DNA of 64,000 bases from Epithemia pelagica (Eukaryota; Protista; Bacillariophyta). Made by a program: the position numbers and the translations under genes. The stretch's first letter is position 1. Every line of letters starts with the position of its first letter. The stretch is from contig OX337237.1 in assembly GCA_946965045.2 (NCBI GenBank), forward strand, positions 1,860,001 through 1,924,000. The letters are read 5' to 3'. Positions 11,281 through 22,999 of the stretch are shown one piece after another. The notes under the pieces were generated by a model. It was not told the DNA's origin. It made no database searches and saw only the letters and a program-made list of their open reading frames with translations.

Positions 11281-14200
11281 ATGGGTACATCGATGGAACA
11301 CCCATTCCAGACCACCCAATGCCTCGCTCTTCTTTCCCAGGCTTCTCAACTACCGCTCCGTCTCCTCGACCTGCCTCGCTCCTCGACGAATCCTTCTCGT
11401 CGATCGGCAACGACGATCCTCTCTCTCTCTACCTCTCGTTTGAACAAAACACGAGTGAGAATGAGAACGACAGTCTTGCATCCTTTACCAATACAAATAA
11501 CTTGCATCACCGATATGTGCCGACGGACCACGAAGACATGGACGACAGCCAAGACGACACCATGTCCCCATCACACACTATCACTTTGGCCGCCTTTGAC
11601 TATGGAAAATGGCTTCACCAGCCCGATGAATTTCTCTCCAACGAAAATTATGGAGAGACTTCAGCCCCAGCAGCAAATTTGACCACTGTGGACCAAAGTG
11701 TAGAGGATACTCCGGTAGAGGAATACGTTGAAATCTACCTTGCTAAGTATCAGTGGGAACACCAAGACCAAACGCCCCGTACCAAGCGAGCCAGTCGTGA
11801 ATCCCCCAAGCCTAACCATCCGGATTCCGCCTTGCTCCACATTTTTCTTGGTATGGTCTTGTCCCTTCTCTTCCTCCTACCCGGTATCCCTTGGCTTTGT
11901 CCTATCCCTACTCCCGTCCATGTGGGTACCCCATCTACTCTTGGCCTATCCTATCTCCTCAACAGCACAGTCTACTTTGAAAAGGGCTACAACAACTTAT
12001 CAAAAGGGATCTACGAGCTCATGACAGCTATTTTACTACACCCCTTCTACAAGTATGCCTTCATCGTCTGGACCACGTGCTGGTTGATTGTTGGGTCTTA
12101 CCTTCTTTTAGCATCCAACAAGACCAAGAACCCCGGCCGTTTCACCACTGCTCGACCGACACATCACCGCAAGTCCGAGCCACCGGCCAACCGGAATCGT
12201 GGCACCCCACGGGCATCCCTTTGGAGTTTGATGGTTTTTTCGGTTTGTGTGTTGTTGCATATCATTGGCTCTCTTGTTGGGTTCTCTTGGCAGACTGTCA
12301 AAAGCGAAGAGGGAGAAAGCGTACAGGCAAAAAGGAATAAGCGTCGCATTCGTCGTCGCCAGCGCAAACAACAACAAAAACAACAATTCCGCCTCGCTTG
12401 CCCGAACACACCAACACCTTGTTCAACAACAACAACACATTTCCAACCTTCGGCTCCAGCTATGCCAGCGCCACGACCATTACGTACCCATCCATATCGG
12501 GAACAGAACATCAGAAACAAGCGATTCTCGCCAAACAAGCCGCGTGCTTCTCACTTTTACCCTGTAAACACTCAAGAGGCACAAGCGTCAGTATACATGG
12601 CAGTTGCAAACGAAGACATTTCAGCACCTCTTCAAGCCCCTACCAAACTTCGCAACGCCATGCCACCCAATGCATCCTATCCTATTATTTGGGATTCCGG
12701 AGCATCCATCTCAATCTCGTGTCGACCCGAAGATTTCGTCGAACCGGTCACACCTGTACCACGGCTCAAAATCAAAGGTATTTCAAAGGATAAAATCACC
12801 GTCGTCGGCAAAGGTACAGTCTTGTGGAACGTACTTGACACAAATGGAAACCTCCGCTCACTCAAACTACCAGCTCTCTTGGTTCCTAAAGCAAAAACAC
12901 GTCTTTTGTCAGTTCAAAGCCTCCTCCAAAAATACAATGGAGAAAAGATCGAACAAGACGGCACAAAACTTACCCTTTCTGGACTCAAAGACGACAAGAC
13001 CCGTGGACCAGTTTGTGTTCGAGTCAACACCTTGAATAACCTTCCCATGTCGTACGGATACGACATGGGACACATCCACACAAGCACCCAAGCCCTGACA
13101 TCCATTGTCCAGACCACCTCCATCCACAACCATAACCTCGCAGAGCCAGCCAAAGAACTCCTCCGTTGGCATGAAAGACTCGGCCATCTTGGTTTTAAAA
13201 AGGTACAGTTCCTCCTCAGAACCGGCATCCTTGCCACCTCTGAGTCCACGCGTCGACTACACACAGCCGCAGCAAATCTAACAATTCTGCCTCTTTGTGC
13301 AGCCTGTCAATACGGAAAACAAAAGCGACGACCCTCTCCAGGAATCACACACAAGTTAGTCAAAGACAGAAACACAATCACAAAACAAAATAATCTCTAC
13401 CCAGGACAATGCATCTCAGTGGATCATTTCAACTGCTCCACAAAAGGCCGCCTTTTCACATCACACGGCAAAACCAAAAATGAAGACATGTATGTTGGAG
13501 GCGCAATTTTTGTCAACCACGCGTCTGGATACACTTGGATCGGATTCCAATCACACCTCAACACTCACGAAACCTTAACTGTCAAAAATTCTTATGAACT
13601 CTTCTGTCGTGATGTAGGAGTAGTTCCCACACAATATCTAACCGACAATGGTGGGGCGTTAACATCAGGCGGTTACACCCGGAACCTCCAACAGTTTGCT
13701 CAAGTCTACCGTTTTGCAGGAGTAGGAGCACACCATCACGCTGGAGTGGCTGAAAGGGCCATTCAAACAATAATGTCCATAGCACGCACTATGATGCTGC
13801 ACTCTGCCATACACTGGCCTCAATTGTGCGACCCCTCTCTATGGCCTATGGCAGTAACGCATGCCACCTTTCTCTACAATCACATACCAAGTACCGAGAC
13901 AGGCATTAGCCCCCATGATTTATTTACAAAAATTCGATGGGAACAAAGAAAGTTCCACGATCTCCACGTATGGGGATGTCCTGTATATGTCTTAGACAAG
14001 GAAATAGCAGATGGGAAGAAACTTCCACGATGGAAACCACGATCTACCAGGTGTATGCTAATGGGACTTAGCCAGAGACATGCTAGCACAGCCGCTCTAG
14101 TACTAAATCCTCAAACCGGCTCTATCACCCCACAATTTCACGTAGTTTATGATGATTGGTTAAGCACAATAGCAACTGATCCTGAAGATCTTCCCGACTT

Positions 14201-16429
14201 TAATTCTGACGAATGGCACAAGCTATTTGGAGAATCTAACTACCAGTACATCGAAGATGACAGTGACACTCATCAAGATGACACTCCACCTAATCCACAA
14301 GATTCCAACGCACTATTAGATTTCAATACTTGAAAGTCTACCACAGCTAGCGCCATGGACCTAGCTACACCACCTACTCCTTTGCCAACACCCTCCGATC
14401 CTCCAACCCAGAACCCGTTTCCGAGGTCAGCTCCCAGCTCGTCACCAATCGAGTCTCTAACCACGACTCCTGATAGTCCCGTGTCCCCTCAATTCCTTCC
14501 TCAGAGGGAGAACACACCGGTAACTAATACTACCTCTAAAACCGCTGACCCCTCAATCACTCCATGACGCCTCACTATCTCAACCCCTTCTCAGAGGGAG
14601 CAATACCCCTCTCAGAGGGAACAATCCATTCCTACAAAACCTCCCTCTCCAAGACCAGCTAAGGTGCCCACTCCTAGATCTTCACCAATCAAAGATCCAC
14701 ATAGCAAGCCACTTTGAGGTACTAGGCGATCCTCTAGAGTCTCCAAACGACCTACTAGACTCATTGAAGAAAACAACTTGGCGCAAATTCCTGCTCTACC
14801 TACCTCTCATACACCAAGCGATCTTTTAGGTGCCTTCAAAGCATCCTTATCCGACGCCGACACCTTGTCTTACGACGAGGCCATGCGAGATTCAGCAGTA
14901 GAAAAATGGAAAACAGCAGCCGAAAATGAAATTCAAGAATTAGAATCCAAAAACACATGTGTAGAAGTACCTCAAAACGAAGCCACGTCTAGGATCCTAC
15001 CAGGAACCTGGGTGTTCAAGCGAAAACGTTCTCCAGATGGAGAAATCACCAAACACAAAGCCAGATACTGCGTGCGCGGTGACCTACAAGAAACAGAAGA
15101 AGAAAACTACTCACCAGTGGTACATTGGAGTTCCATTCGAACTATACTTACTCTTAGTCTAGTACTTCAGTGGGAATTAGCCTGCATTGACTTCAACAAT
15201 GCTTTCGTTCAAGCCACTTTAGAAGAACTAATCTGGATCCATCTACCTAGAGGATTCAGGTCCAAGTTAGGAAAACACTCATGTCTAAGACTGAAGAAAA
15301 GTCTATACGGATTATCGTCAGCACCTAGACTTTGGTACGACCACCAAGTTAAAGCCCTCCTTGAAGATGGTTTCCAAATAGGTTCCCATGATAATTGCCT
15401 GCTCTTCAAGCACAACATAATTATCTTTCTATGGGTAGATGACTGCGGAGTATGTTCACCAAAACTGGACTTAATTGATGCACTCATACTACGACTTCAA
15501 AAGAAAGGTCTTTCCTTGAAGAAAGAAGGAAATTTCACAGACTATTTGGGAATAAATTTTGTTCGTACCAACAATAAATCAATTACAATGACACAAAAAG
15601 GGCTCATCTCCAAAGTCATAGAAACAACTGGTATGAAGGACTGCAACCCAAATTGGACACCGGCAACTCAACTTGCCTTAGGAAGCGATCCCGAAGGGGA
15701 ACCTATGAAAGAGAACTGACACTATAGTTCTGTTGTAGGAATGCTACTCTACCTAGCAACAAACACTAGGCCAGACATAGCCTTTGCAGTTAGCCAAGTA
15801 GCCCGTTTCAACTCAGCACCTAAGAAATCCCATGCTGCTGCTGTTAAAACCATCGTGCGCTACTTAGCACAAACGCATGACAAAGGAACAATCTTCACTC
15901 CAACCACCGATTTTAAGCTTGATTGTTATGTAGATGCTGATTTTGCGGCACTACATGGACGAGAAGAACAGGACAATCCAAACAGTACAAAATCACGTAC
16001 AGGATATATCCTTTCATTCTGTGGATGTCCTTTGATCTGGCGATCTCAACTTCAATCATCGGTAGCCCTTAGCACTCTCCAAGCTGAAATCACGCTCTTT
16101 CTCAAGCTATGCGACGTGTGATAGCAACTAGACGAGTTATCAAAGAAGTGTTAGAAAATCTAGAAATTCCCTTTGATTCTCCCACGAAACATTCAGAAGT
16201 GTTCGAAGACAATAGTGGAGCTTACTATTTAGCCACAAAACAACGTCTTACACCTCGAACCAAGCACTTCAACACCTACCTGCATTTCTTCTGGGAACAC
16301 GTTGGAGATCATCCAGGAGGTGTAAAGGTAAGTATGGTAAACACTGAACAACAACTTGCTGATTATCTAACTAAATGCCAAGGACAAGAACTATTCGAGA
16401 AATGTCGCCAGTTGAACCAAGGATGGTGA
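11277..16429 (+). pseudogene. pol: Element 1 pol: hydrophobic region, aspartic protease, integrase, reverse transcriptase, RNase H
   Basis: PR: IIWDSGASISI. Pre-IN: WHERLGH..CAACQYGK. IN: SVDHF / TDNG / VAERAI. RT: PGTWVFKRK..ARYCVRG, DFNNAF, LKKSLYGL, WVDD. RNase H: YVDADFA, FEDNSG, QLADYLTK. Stops at 14331 and 15717, frameshift near 16100. Confidence 0.95.
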
Positions 16430-16476
16430 ATTCGCTCACAAACATGTCACTCATTCCAAAATGTTATGTCCTCCAT

Positions 16477-16485
16477 GAGAGGGAG
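16477..16485 (+). promoter_or_regulatory. Polypurine tract of Element 1
   Basis: gagagggag lies immediately before the 3' LTR. Confidence 0.8.
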
Positions 16486-17190
16486 AGTTAAGACATAGCG
16501 AAATATCACCATGCTAGGAACTCTAGCCCACATAGTCAAGGTAGATACCCTGGCATATCTAGTCGTCCTGTTTGAGTCATAAGATGAAGATTCGAGTGAC
16601 GAAAGATACGAAGAAGATGCCACCGCGCTCTCTGGGTTCTCTTCGTCACACTTCCGAATCCATCGATCTAAGTCTTCAACATCAGGGCACTAATAATATT
16701 ATTTCCGTTCGGAAGCGACGTGTGTGCTAGGGGTTAAGTGTCGCCTGTCGACCGAACCCACGCCCTTCGTCCACATTTAGAAGAAATCACTCTAACACAT
16801 ATGTAAGCTGCACGATAGACTTAGAGACAGAACATCCGATCCATAGATAAGCCAATACGGAAATTGAATCCTAGATAGTGGACTTACATGGTCGAATGTA
16901 GCTGATGAAGTGGCCTTTGGCGCCACATCATTCAGGATCATTGAAGAACGATCCTAGGGATGAAGTTCCAAGAAATCATTCCTGGAACGATCATCAAGTA
17001 AACAATACAATCTAGAAATAAACTCACTCTTTTATAAAACAAGAAAGTTGCAAGCAACCTTCCTGTAAGAGCATACGAAGGTGAGGGCCCCATCGTCGTA
17101 CTACATCTAGAGCTACAAGAGAGAAAAACTAACACATTGATCTGCACCTAGTTTTATCTCCCAGTTAGACAAGAGCTGATACTCTTAAAT
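16486..17190 (+). repeat. Element 1 3' LTR (705 bp)
   Basis: Runs agttaagacatagc...tactcttaaat and is followed by gatag. Confidence 0.95.
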
Positions 17191-17409
17191 GATAGCCTGC
17201 ATGACAAAGGCTCGGCCACGAGGTTCCTAAGAAAGTATTTAAATAGAAAGAAGACTTAGACAATCATTGCTCTATGTTATCAATATCCGCGAATCTCACC
17301 CATCACCCCATACATTCTTGGGGGGAAGGGAATTGTCTGGTTTCGGAGTAATAGACCGGTTCGTAAAACAAGAAAAACGTTACGGCGTATTATTCTCAAA
17401 AGCGTCTGG

Positions 17410-17679
17410 ACAACGGCTTTCCAACGAGTCATTGAATGTTGCAATCCGACTTACAGGTATAAAGTTAGGTAGGAAAGTCGTAGAGGGTGCTGGAAAAACA
17501 ACCAAAAGCAGCCCAAATTTCAAAATCACGTCTCTTCTGAATGACAAGAGCAATCAACCCGAACAAAGGTGCCGATAGCATCGTCTCGACAACAAGGGCC
17601 TTCCAACGAGCCATTGAACGTTGCAATCCAACTTACAGCTATAAAGTAAGGTAGGAAAGTTGTTGAGGGTGCTGGAAAA
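17410..17679. repeat. Diverged direct repeat, 2 x about 90 bp, period about 180 bp
   Basis: caac..ttccaacgag(t/c)cattgaa(t/c)gttgcaatcc..gagggtgctggaaaa at 17410 and 17589. Confidence 0.8.
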
Positions 17680-17793
17680 GGAAGAAAAGGCTGTTGGGAG
17701 AGTTTTTTGTTGTTCTGAGAGTGGGTTTTTTGGCTGGTCTCATGCTAGTAAGAAGGTAGCAGGTGATTTGCTTCGGGAGGCTGATGGAAGAGG

Positions 17794-17955
17794 GGCAGTT
17801 GATACACGTGCCTTGACACGTGCCTGGAGCAGCAGTATGGGAGGGTGACAGGCATGTGTGGCCACATGGGGACTGGCAGTTGATACACATGCCTTGACAC
17901 GTGCCTGGAGCAGCAGCATGGGAGGGCGACAGGCGTGTGAGGCCACATGGGGACT
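17794..17955. repeat. Tandem duplication, 2 x 81 bp
   Basis: ggcagttgatacac(g/a)tgccttgacacgtgcctggagcagcag...ccacatggggact at 17794 and 17875. Confidence 0.9.
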
Positions 17956-19169
17956 GTTCTTATGCGACTGACAGCGACTAAAAACTGGGTGTGGTTAATT
18001 GGGATGGGTACTTCAAAGTTTTGTATATAATTCTTCCGCACTTCAATAATCGCCCGGAAACAACATATAGTACTTGTTAATACGTGCCTTCTGCCCATGG
18101 TCATGTTTATTCCAGAAGACACGTTGTTCCATACCACGAACATCAGGGAACAGAGTTGGTAAAGGAGCATTGGCAGACTCGCGCACCGTACTGTCTGTAT
18201 ACATCATACGACCCAAATCACCAGGGTTGTCTTGTGTCGTGAAAGTCTATTGCAGCCTTCAAATTCTTAGTTTATGAGATGCATGAAGTATATTATACCA
18301 AAAACTGAATATCAATCTTTCTAAGTTATCTTGTTGTACTATGCCGAAAACATTGACATATGTTTGGAATATGACAGATCGTATAACACCAATATTGACA
18401 GTCGAGAAATATTCACTCTGGTGAGTGATTCCCTTCAAGACTCGCCATGGATATGGGCGGAGCACTTCATTCTCCGCTATGCACGCACAACTGCGACTGG
18501 AAGAAAACCACAAGGGAGATGACCAGTTTTATTCTTGGGAAACAGAGAATGAGGAACTTTGTACATTGGAAGTGAATTCCGAAGTTGGAAGTTTGTGGCC
18601 TGCAATTGGTTTGCAGCCTGCGATTGGTGAGGCAAACCAATTGACTTCGAGAAACTGTACTTCTCCGATTATATGAGCGTGCGGCAAAGTTATGAAGAAA
18701 GGAAGACAATCCGAATGACATGCAATACGAAAGCAGACGAAGCGTTTTGCCCCATCGGAGTGACGAAGAGAACAGAGCCGTTGACGGATAGGTCCGACAT
18801 GAAAGACTTCATGACCTCATTCTTCGTCGAGTCTGGCATTGCAATCAATCTTCAGGGTCAGGAAGCAAACCAGCACACAGTGTTTCAGAGCATGGAATCA
18901 ATTTGTGACCCGCCATTATTGCAGCAACATGAGCGAATACAACACATTTGTGCAGCAAACAGAGTGGCACGTGATTGGGATAGAAACGTACCCTGAAGAT
19001 GTCCATAGTAGGAAGTCCCATTGATGGTGGTGACATCAATGGTGACATCAAATGGCATGGAATGACAAATGGCATGGAATGTAATGCGAGATGAAGTCAG
19101 TGTTGGTATTGAGGACGACTTACTAACAAGTGAGGTGGCGAAACAATCTGATCCATTGTCAGAGGTAGC

Positions 19170-19560
19170 TTGCTGATGTATTTCTTGTTGAAGAATGATC
19201 CGGAGTTCACATTTATGCTCAGGAAGATCCCTCTGTTTACTGCCAAGAAGTCAGGGCGGCAAGAAATTGACGGCAACGAAGACAGAGGGTATGGTCTGTT
19301 TACAGCTCGGGACTATGAAGGGAACCAGGTCATTGATGTCTACGCCGGCTTCGATATTACTTCGCAAATGGTCCATCGGACCGAATATGCTCACCAGTTC
19401 GGAAGTGATTGCACCATTCAGCTGGACAACGAGGATTTCTGTTTCATGGGGATACAGTTTTTCAACGACCCCTACTACCCCCTCTACGAAAAGGGTGAAA
19501 CACCGGACGAGTCAGACAAGCTCTACAACGTTGTTAGTATGCTCTTGGTGTATTGCAACT
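19170..19560 (+). pseudogene. SET-domain-like fragment
   Basis: Reads DRGYGLFTARDYEGNQVIDVYAG..EYA..FMGIQFFNDP..YNV, matching the GxGLFA / EYxG / (R)FINH pattern of SET domains. The C-terminal motif is absent, and upstream 18100-19100 are broken frames that may be the same gene. Confidence 0.55.
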
Positions 19561-19746
19561 ATTGCAAGAAATGGCCGATTAGAAGAGTAAGGTCAGTTGT
19601 GCCTGCTTTTTCTTGGCCTCTTCATCAGTTTACTGTCTCAGTATCCGGAATGGACACTCCCATCTCCTTGGCCCGAGTGTTGGAGTCGCGGCGAAAGGAG
19701 CGGAATGAAGAGTACTTAAGGGCCACATCACTGGGAAAAGATGCAA

Positions 19747-20118
19747 TTATGTAGAGTAAAGGGAGGTGAGAAGAAGGTGGAGTAGATTGTCAATTTTATT
19801 GCATGTGGTGACTTTTCCATTTTGATGAAGCATGAGAGGGCCTATGTGTCTGTTCTTATCCGGGAAGAGGATGGCAGCTCTTCTTACCCACTGCCTGACT
19901 TGGAGTTCGCTTGATGTAATGTTGACCGAAGGAAGGAGGTGGGTACATTCTATGTGTTCTCCCTTGACCTGACCCCAGAGTACAATGATGATGGCGTTGT
20001 TGTGAGATATAGCATCACCATGTGTGATGATTCTTTCAAGATCAAGGAGCAGGCCCTCAAGCCTTCTGGCACTCCATGGTATATTTTGTAAGGTGGGTTT
20101 CAACATCACAGGAACCAT
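19747..20118 (-). mobile_element. Tyrosine-recombinase-like fragment (YR-element relic)
   Basis: EGLLLDL..IIIVLWGQVKGEHIECTHLLPSVNITSSELQVRQWV..GPLM resembles the EG..LDL / LLGRFKGE..HLLP..T.SG...W / GP motifs I recall from diatom YR proteins. Confidence 0.45.
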
Positions 20119-20777
20119 TCTTAAAAGGGGTGAGTGGCAAGAATGTTATGACGGGTATGAAATTTCCTGTATAGTCAGGTGGGACACATATACAGGTAAA
20201 ACTGTGGGTGGAATGAACTAACATGTTAGGAGTTGGGTGACTGTGCAGTTTCTGAATCACACAAACACATACCCTTCTTATGAAGGGGCATGAATGGCAA
20301 TGCCATGATAGGGAATGGTACTGGAGAGTAAGTTGGAGTGACAATAACATACTCTGCCCTCCAGAAAGGTGTTTATGTTTAGAGAGGTGAAATATGAACA
20401 AGAAACATTGAAATGGACATTCTTCCCGATGCGAGCAACAAGGAAGACTCAAACTCTTGGTCCGTTGTTGACCGCGAGCCATCCAATGGCACCCATGTTG
20501 CCAACTTCATGTCCATCACCAACAACGACATTTCCCTTGGATCCTTCCATGATGACGATTTGTACTTGTCCTTGCCCACTATCACCTCCTGCCACAACTT
20601 GATTGACAACGCTGACGAAATGAGATCTGAGCACGCTGCGTGAATGTCGATCACACATAGCCACAAATGCAAATCAGTTGAGCTTGAAATGGATGGTTGG
20701 CTCTGAATGACACCATTGAAAACAATTCAGCACAAGGTGCTTTTAAAGACATCAGGTATTATGGGAAAATTTGCCAT

Positions 20778-21029
20778 TCACCAAATGTTTGTTCTACAAT
20801 GTTGTAAATGTTCCTCCACCAGAAGGGTGGAACTGACTACGATACCCAGCCTGGGACAGGTACTGATGGACCTTGACCATGACAGCACTCATGTCGACGT
20901 GTTTATGATAGTTCAAACCTATGTGTCCAACAAAAACACACCATGCCAGACTAAAGGCACTCACCAAATGTTTGTTTTACAATGTCCTAAATGTTCCTCC
21001 ACCAGAAGGGTGGGACTGACTACGATACC
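20778..21029. repeat. Direct repeat, 2 x about 69 bp
   Basis: tcaccaaatgtttgtt(c/t)tacaatgt..aaatgttcctccaccagaagggtgg(a/g)actgactacgatacc at 20778 and 20961. Confidence 0.85.
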
Positions 21030-21498
21030 AGGCCACACCATGCCAGACAAAGGCACAGGTAAGATTCTGCAAGGATATACAAAGCCTTCGAGGAAGACTC
21101 CTCTCTTTTTCTTCAATGCTCATTGAATTGCTGTAGGAGATGGTTCACTTTTGTTGCATTAGATGGCCAAATCACTTCACCTCCAGTGACTCTTTGCTGT
21201 CCACCACTGAAATTTCACAGTTGGTGGAGTTATGGGGAGTGACTCCAGAAGCGAAGACAATCACCACCACCACATGTTTTTGTTTCTTTTGATCAATCCA
21301 CTGGTTGGCCATGTGGAGGGGGACCCAATTCCTCATCATGGTAGCCTCATCCCCTGAATTCAGCTTCATTTTTGCCTCTACCTCCATTTTTGTCATCACT
21401 TTGGCGTATCCCTTTGCCAGGGGGGTCCATTGTGCGTTTCTCACTGGAGTCATGGTCATCACTGCGATGACTCTCAAGTTTGGTTGTCTCTCAAGTTT

Positions 21499-21643
21499 GG
21501 TTTTCTTTGTCTCTAAAAAACCAAAAACCAAAAACCAAAAATTAGTTAGTAACAATTAGGAGTCTTTAATTGGATGGTTTTCTTTGTCTCTAAATAACCA
21601 AAAACCAAAATTAGTTAGTAACAATTAGGAGTCTTTAATTGGA
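21499..21643. repeat. Tandem duplication, 2 x about 70 bp
   Basis: ggttttctttgtctctaaa..ccaaaaattagttagtaacaattaggagtctttaattgga occurs twice. Confidence 0.85.
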
Positions 21644-21656
21644 CGGGAAACTATAC

Positions 21657-22130
21657 CATCCCGTCCTGCAGAAGCAGTTCCATCATTTCTTTCATTTATC
21701 TTCTGTGTCAAAGCAAAGTAGCTCATAGTATCATGCTTTTTTTGCATCCCGTCCTGCAGCAGCAGTTCCATCATTACTTTCATTCATCTTCTGTGTCAAA
21801 GCAAAGTAGCTCATAGTATCATGCTTTTTTATGTACAGGAGTCTTCAGCATTGTATCCTTCACACTTACTCTCACCTCCCTTTCACAGAACCTCATAGTA
21901 TCATGCTTTTTTGATGTGCAGGAGTCTTCAGCATTGTATCCTTCACACTTACTCCCACCTCCCTTTCACAGAACCTCATAGTATCATGCTTTTTTGATGT
22001 GCAGGAGTCTTCAGCATTGTATCCTTCACACTTACTCCCACCTCCCTTTCACAGAACCTCATAGTATCATGCTTTTTTGATGTGCAGGAGTCTTCAGCAT
22101 TGTATCCTTCACACTTACTCCCACCTCCCT
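21657..22130. repeat. Composite minisatellite: 2 x 88-bp units merging into 4 x about 83-bp units
   Basis: A shared core ctcatagtatcatgctttttt recurs at about 21722, 21810, 21893, 21976 and 22059. The right-hand part of the unit changes after the second copy. Confidence 0.9.
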
Positions 22131-22948
22131 CACTTTCATGGGCTCTGTGGAAGTGAGGATCTGTTCGATTGGTACTGGAACCACCTTCTCCCACGTTTGT
22201 GTTTTGGTTTGATTCACACAAAAGGACACCACCACGTGTCGCAAACAGTCACGAATCGAGTACTTTGCTACTGCCTACGTTTTGAACAAGAGAATACGTC
22301 TGGGACTATACCACGCCAGCTTGAGAAACGGAAGTATTAAGTTGCACGGTTGGTTACCCTTCTATTCTATCCAAGACGACATAACCTGTCGTCCTTTGCC
22401 GGTTTCAGTCGGATTGTAACATGTTTTGTTTGTTGTGTTAACCGGTTCATACAAAAGGAAACCACCAAGCACGGCAAACAGTCAAGAACCTGGTTTGAAC
22501 ATTCATCCTCGTAGTGGTCTGATTATATTGGTCATTTGATGGTTTGGTCGTACTTTTGTCCATCATGTTGTACGACAATGAAGATTACATGCTGAGAGAT
22601 CTCGTGACATACGAGCTAGTTCTCGACTGGTATCGTTCTCAATATGAAGACCGAAGGCAATGGTACGAATTCCGAGCTACACACCGAAGAGCTTATTACG
22701 GTCCTCCTCCCTATATGTTCTGGTGATTCCTTTGTCGAGACCCTTTAACATATTGATGTCTGTCTACCTATCATTGAAGACCGCGTCGCTGGAATTGAGT
22801 GTGATGGCACATATGATGACACGCGGCCCTCCATGTTGATGTGAGATTTTTAACACTCAGACCCTTCATGGAATGTTGTTACCACCCTTTGTTACCTCGT
22901 ATTTCAAACGTCATGCATCTTCGTTCCGAAACCGATGTACAGGGAATC

Positions 22949-22999
22949 GTTGCAGCTGAAGCGTTTTGGTCGGTTAGCCTTGCTTTGGGCTCACTTACC
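22949..22999 (-). promoter_or_regulatory. PBS-like sequence plus 38 bp of leader located downstream of the 3' LTR
   Basis: The minus strand reads ...ttctaagt|ggtaagtgagccc aaagcaaggctaaccgaccaaaacgcttcagctgcaac. The leader part is identical to 32042-32088. Confidence 0.7.

Larger units (their letters stand above)
7527..17190 (+). mobile_element. Element 1: full-length but decayed Ty1/copia LTR retrotransposon (CoDi-like)
   Basis: Two near-identical LTRs, PPT, flanking GATAG duplication (7522-7526 and 17191-17195), and domain order gag-PR-IN-RT-RNaseH with several stops and frameshifts. Confidence 0.97.

Noticed and set aside
11270-11290. Programmed frameshift in Element 1 at the 10151-11443 / 11277-14333 overlap
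   Set aside because: Element 2 reads through the homologous EEW.MGWYIDG motif in one frame, so this is a 1-bp insertion.
8566-16429. Idea that Element 1 was mobilised in trans while already defective (near-identical LTRs but many ORF lesions)
   Set aside because: The LTRs already differ by about 4 substitutions and an indel. Scaled to about 8 kb of internal sequence, that decay can account for the observed stops and frameshifts after insertion.
21657-22130. Possible CRISPR-like array (21-bp core recurring every 83-88 bp)
   Set aside because: The intervening sequences are near-identical rather than unique spacers, there are no cas genes, and the context is eukaryotic.
22544-22726. 60-aa Tyr/Arg-rich small ORF
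   Set aside because: It is short, has a non-ATG start and no homology that I can recognise, and is indistinguishable from chance.
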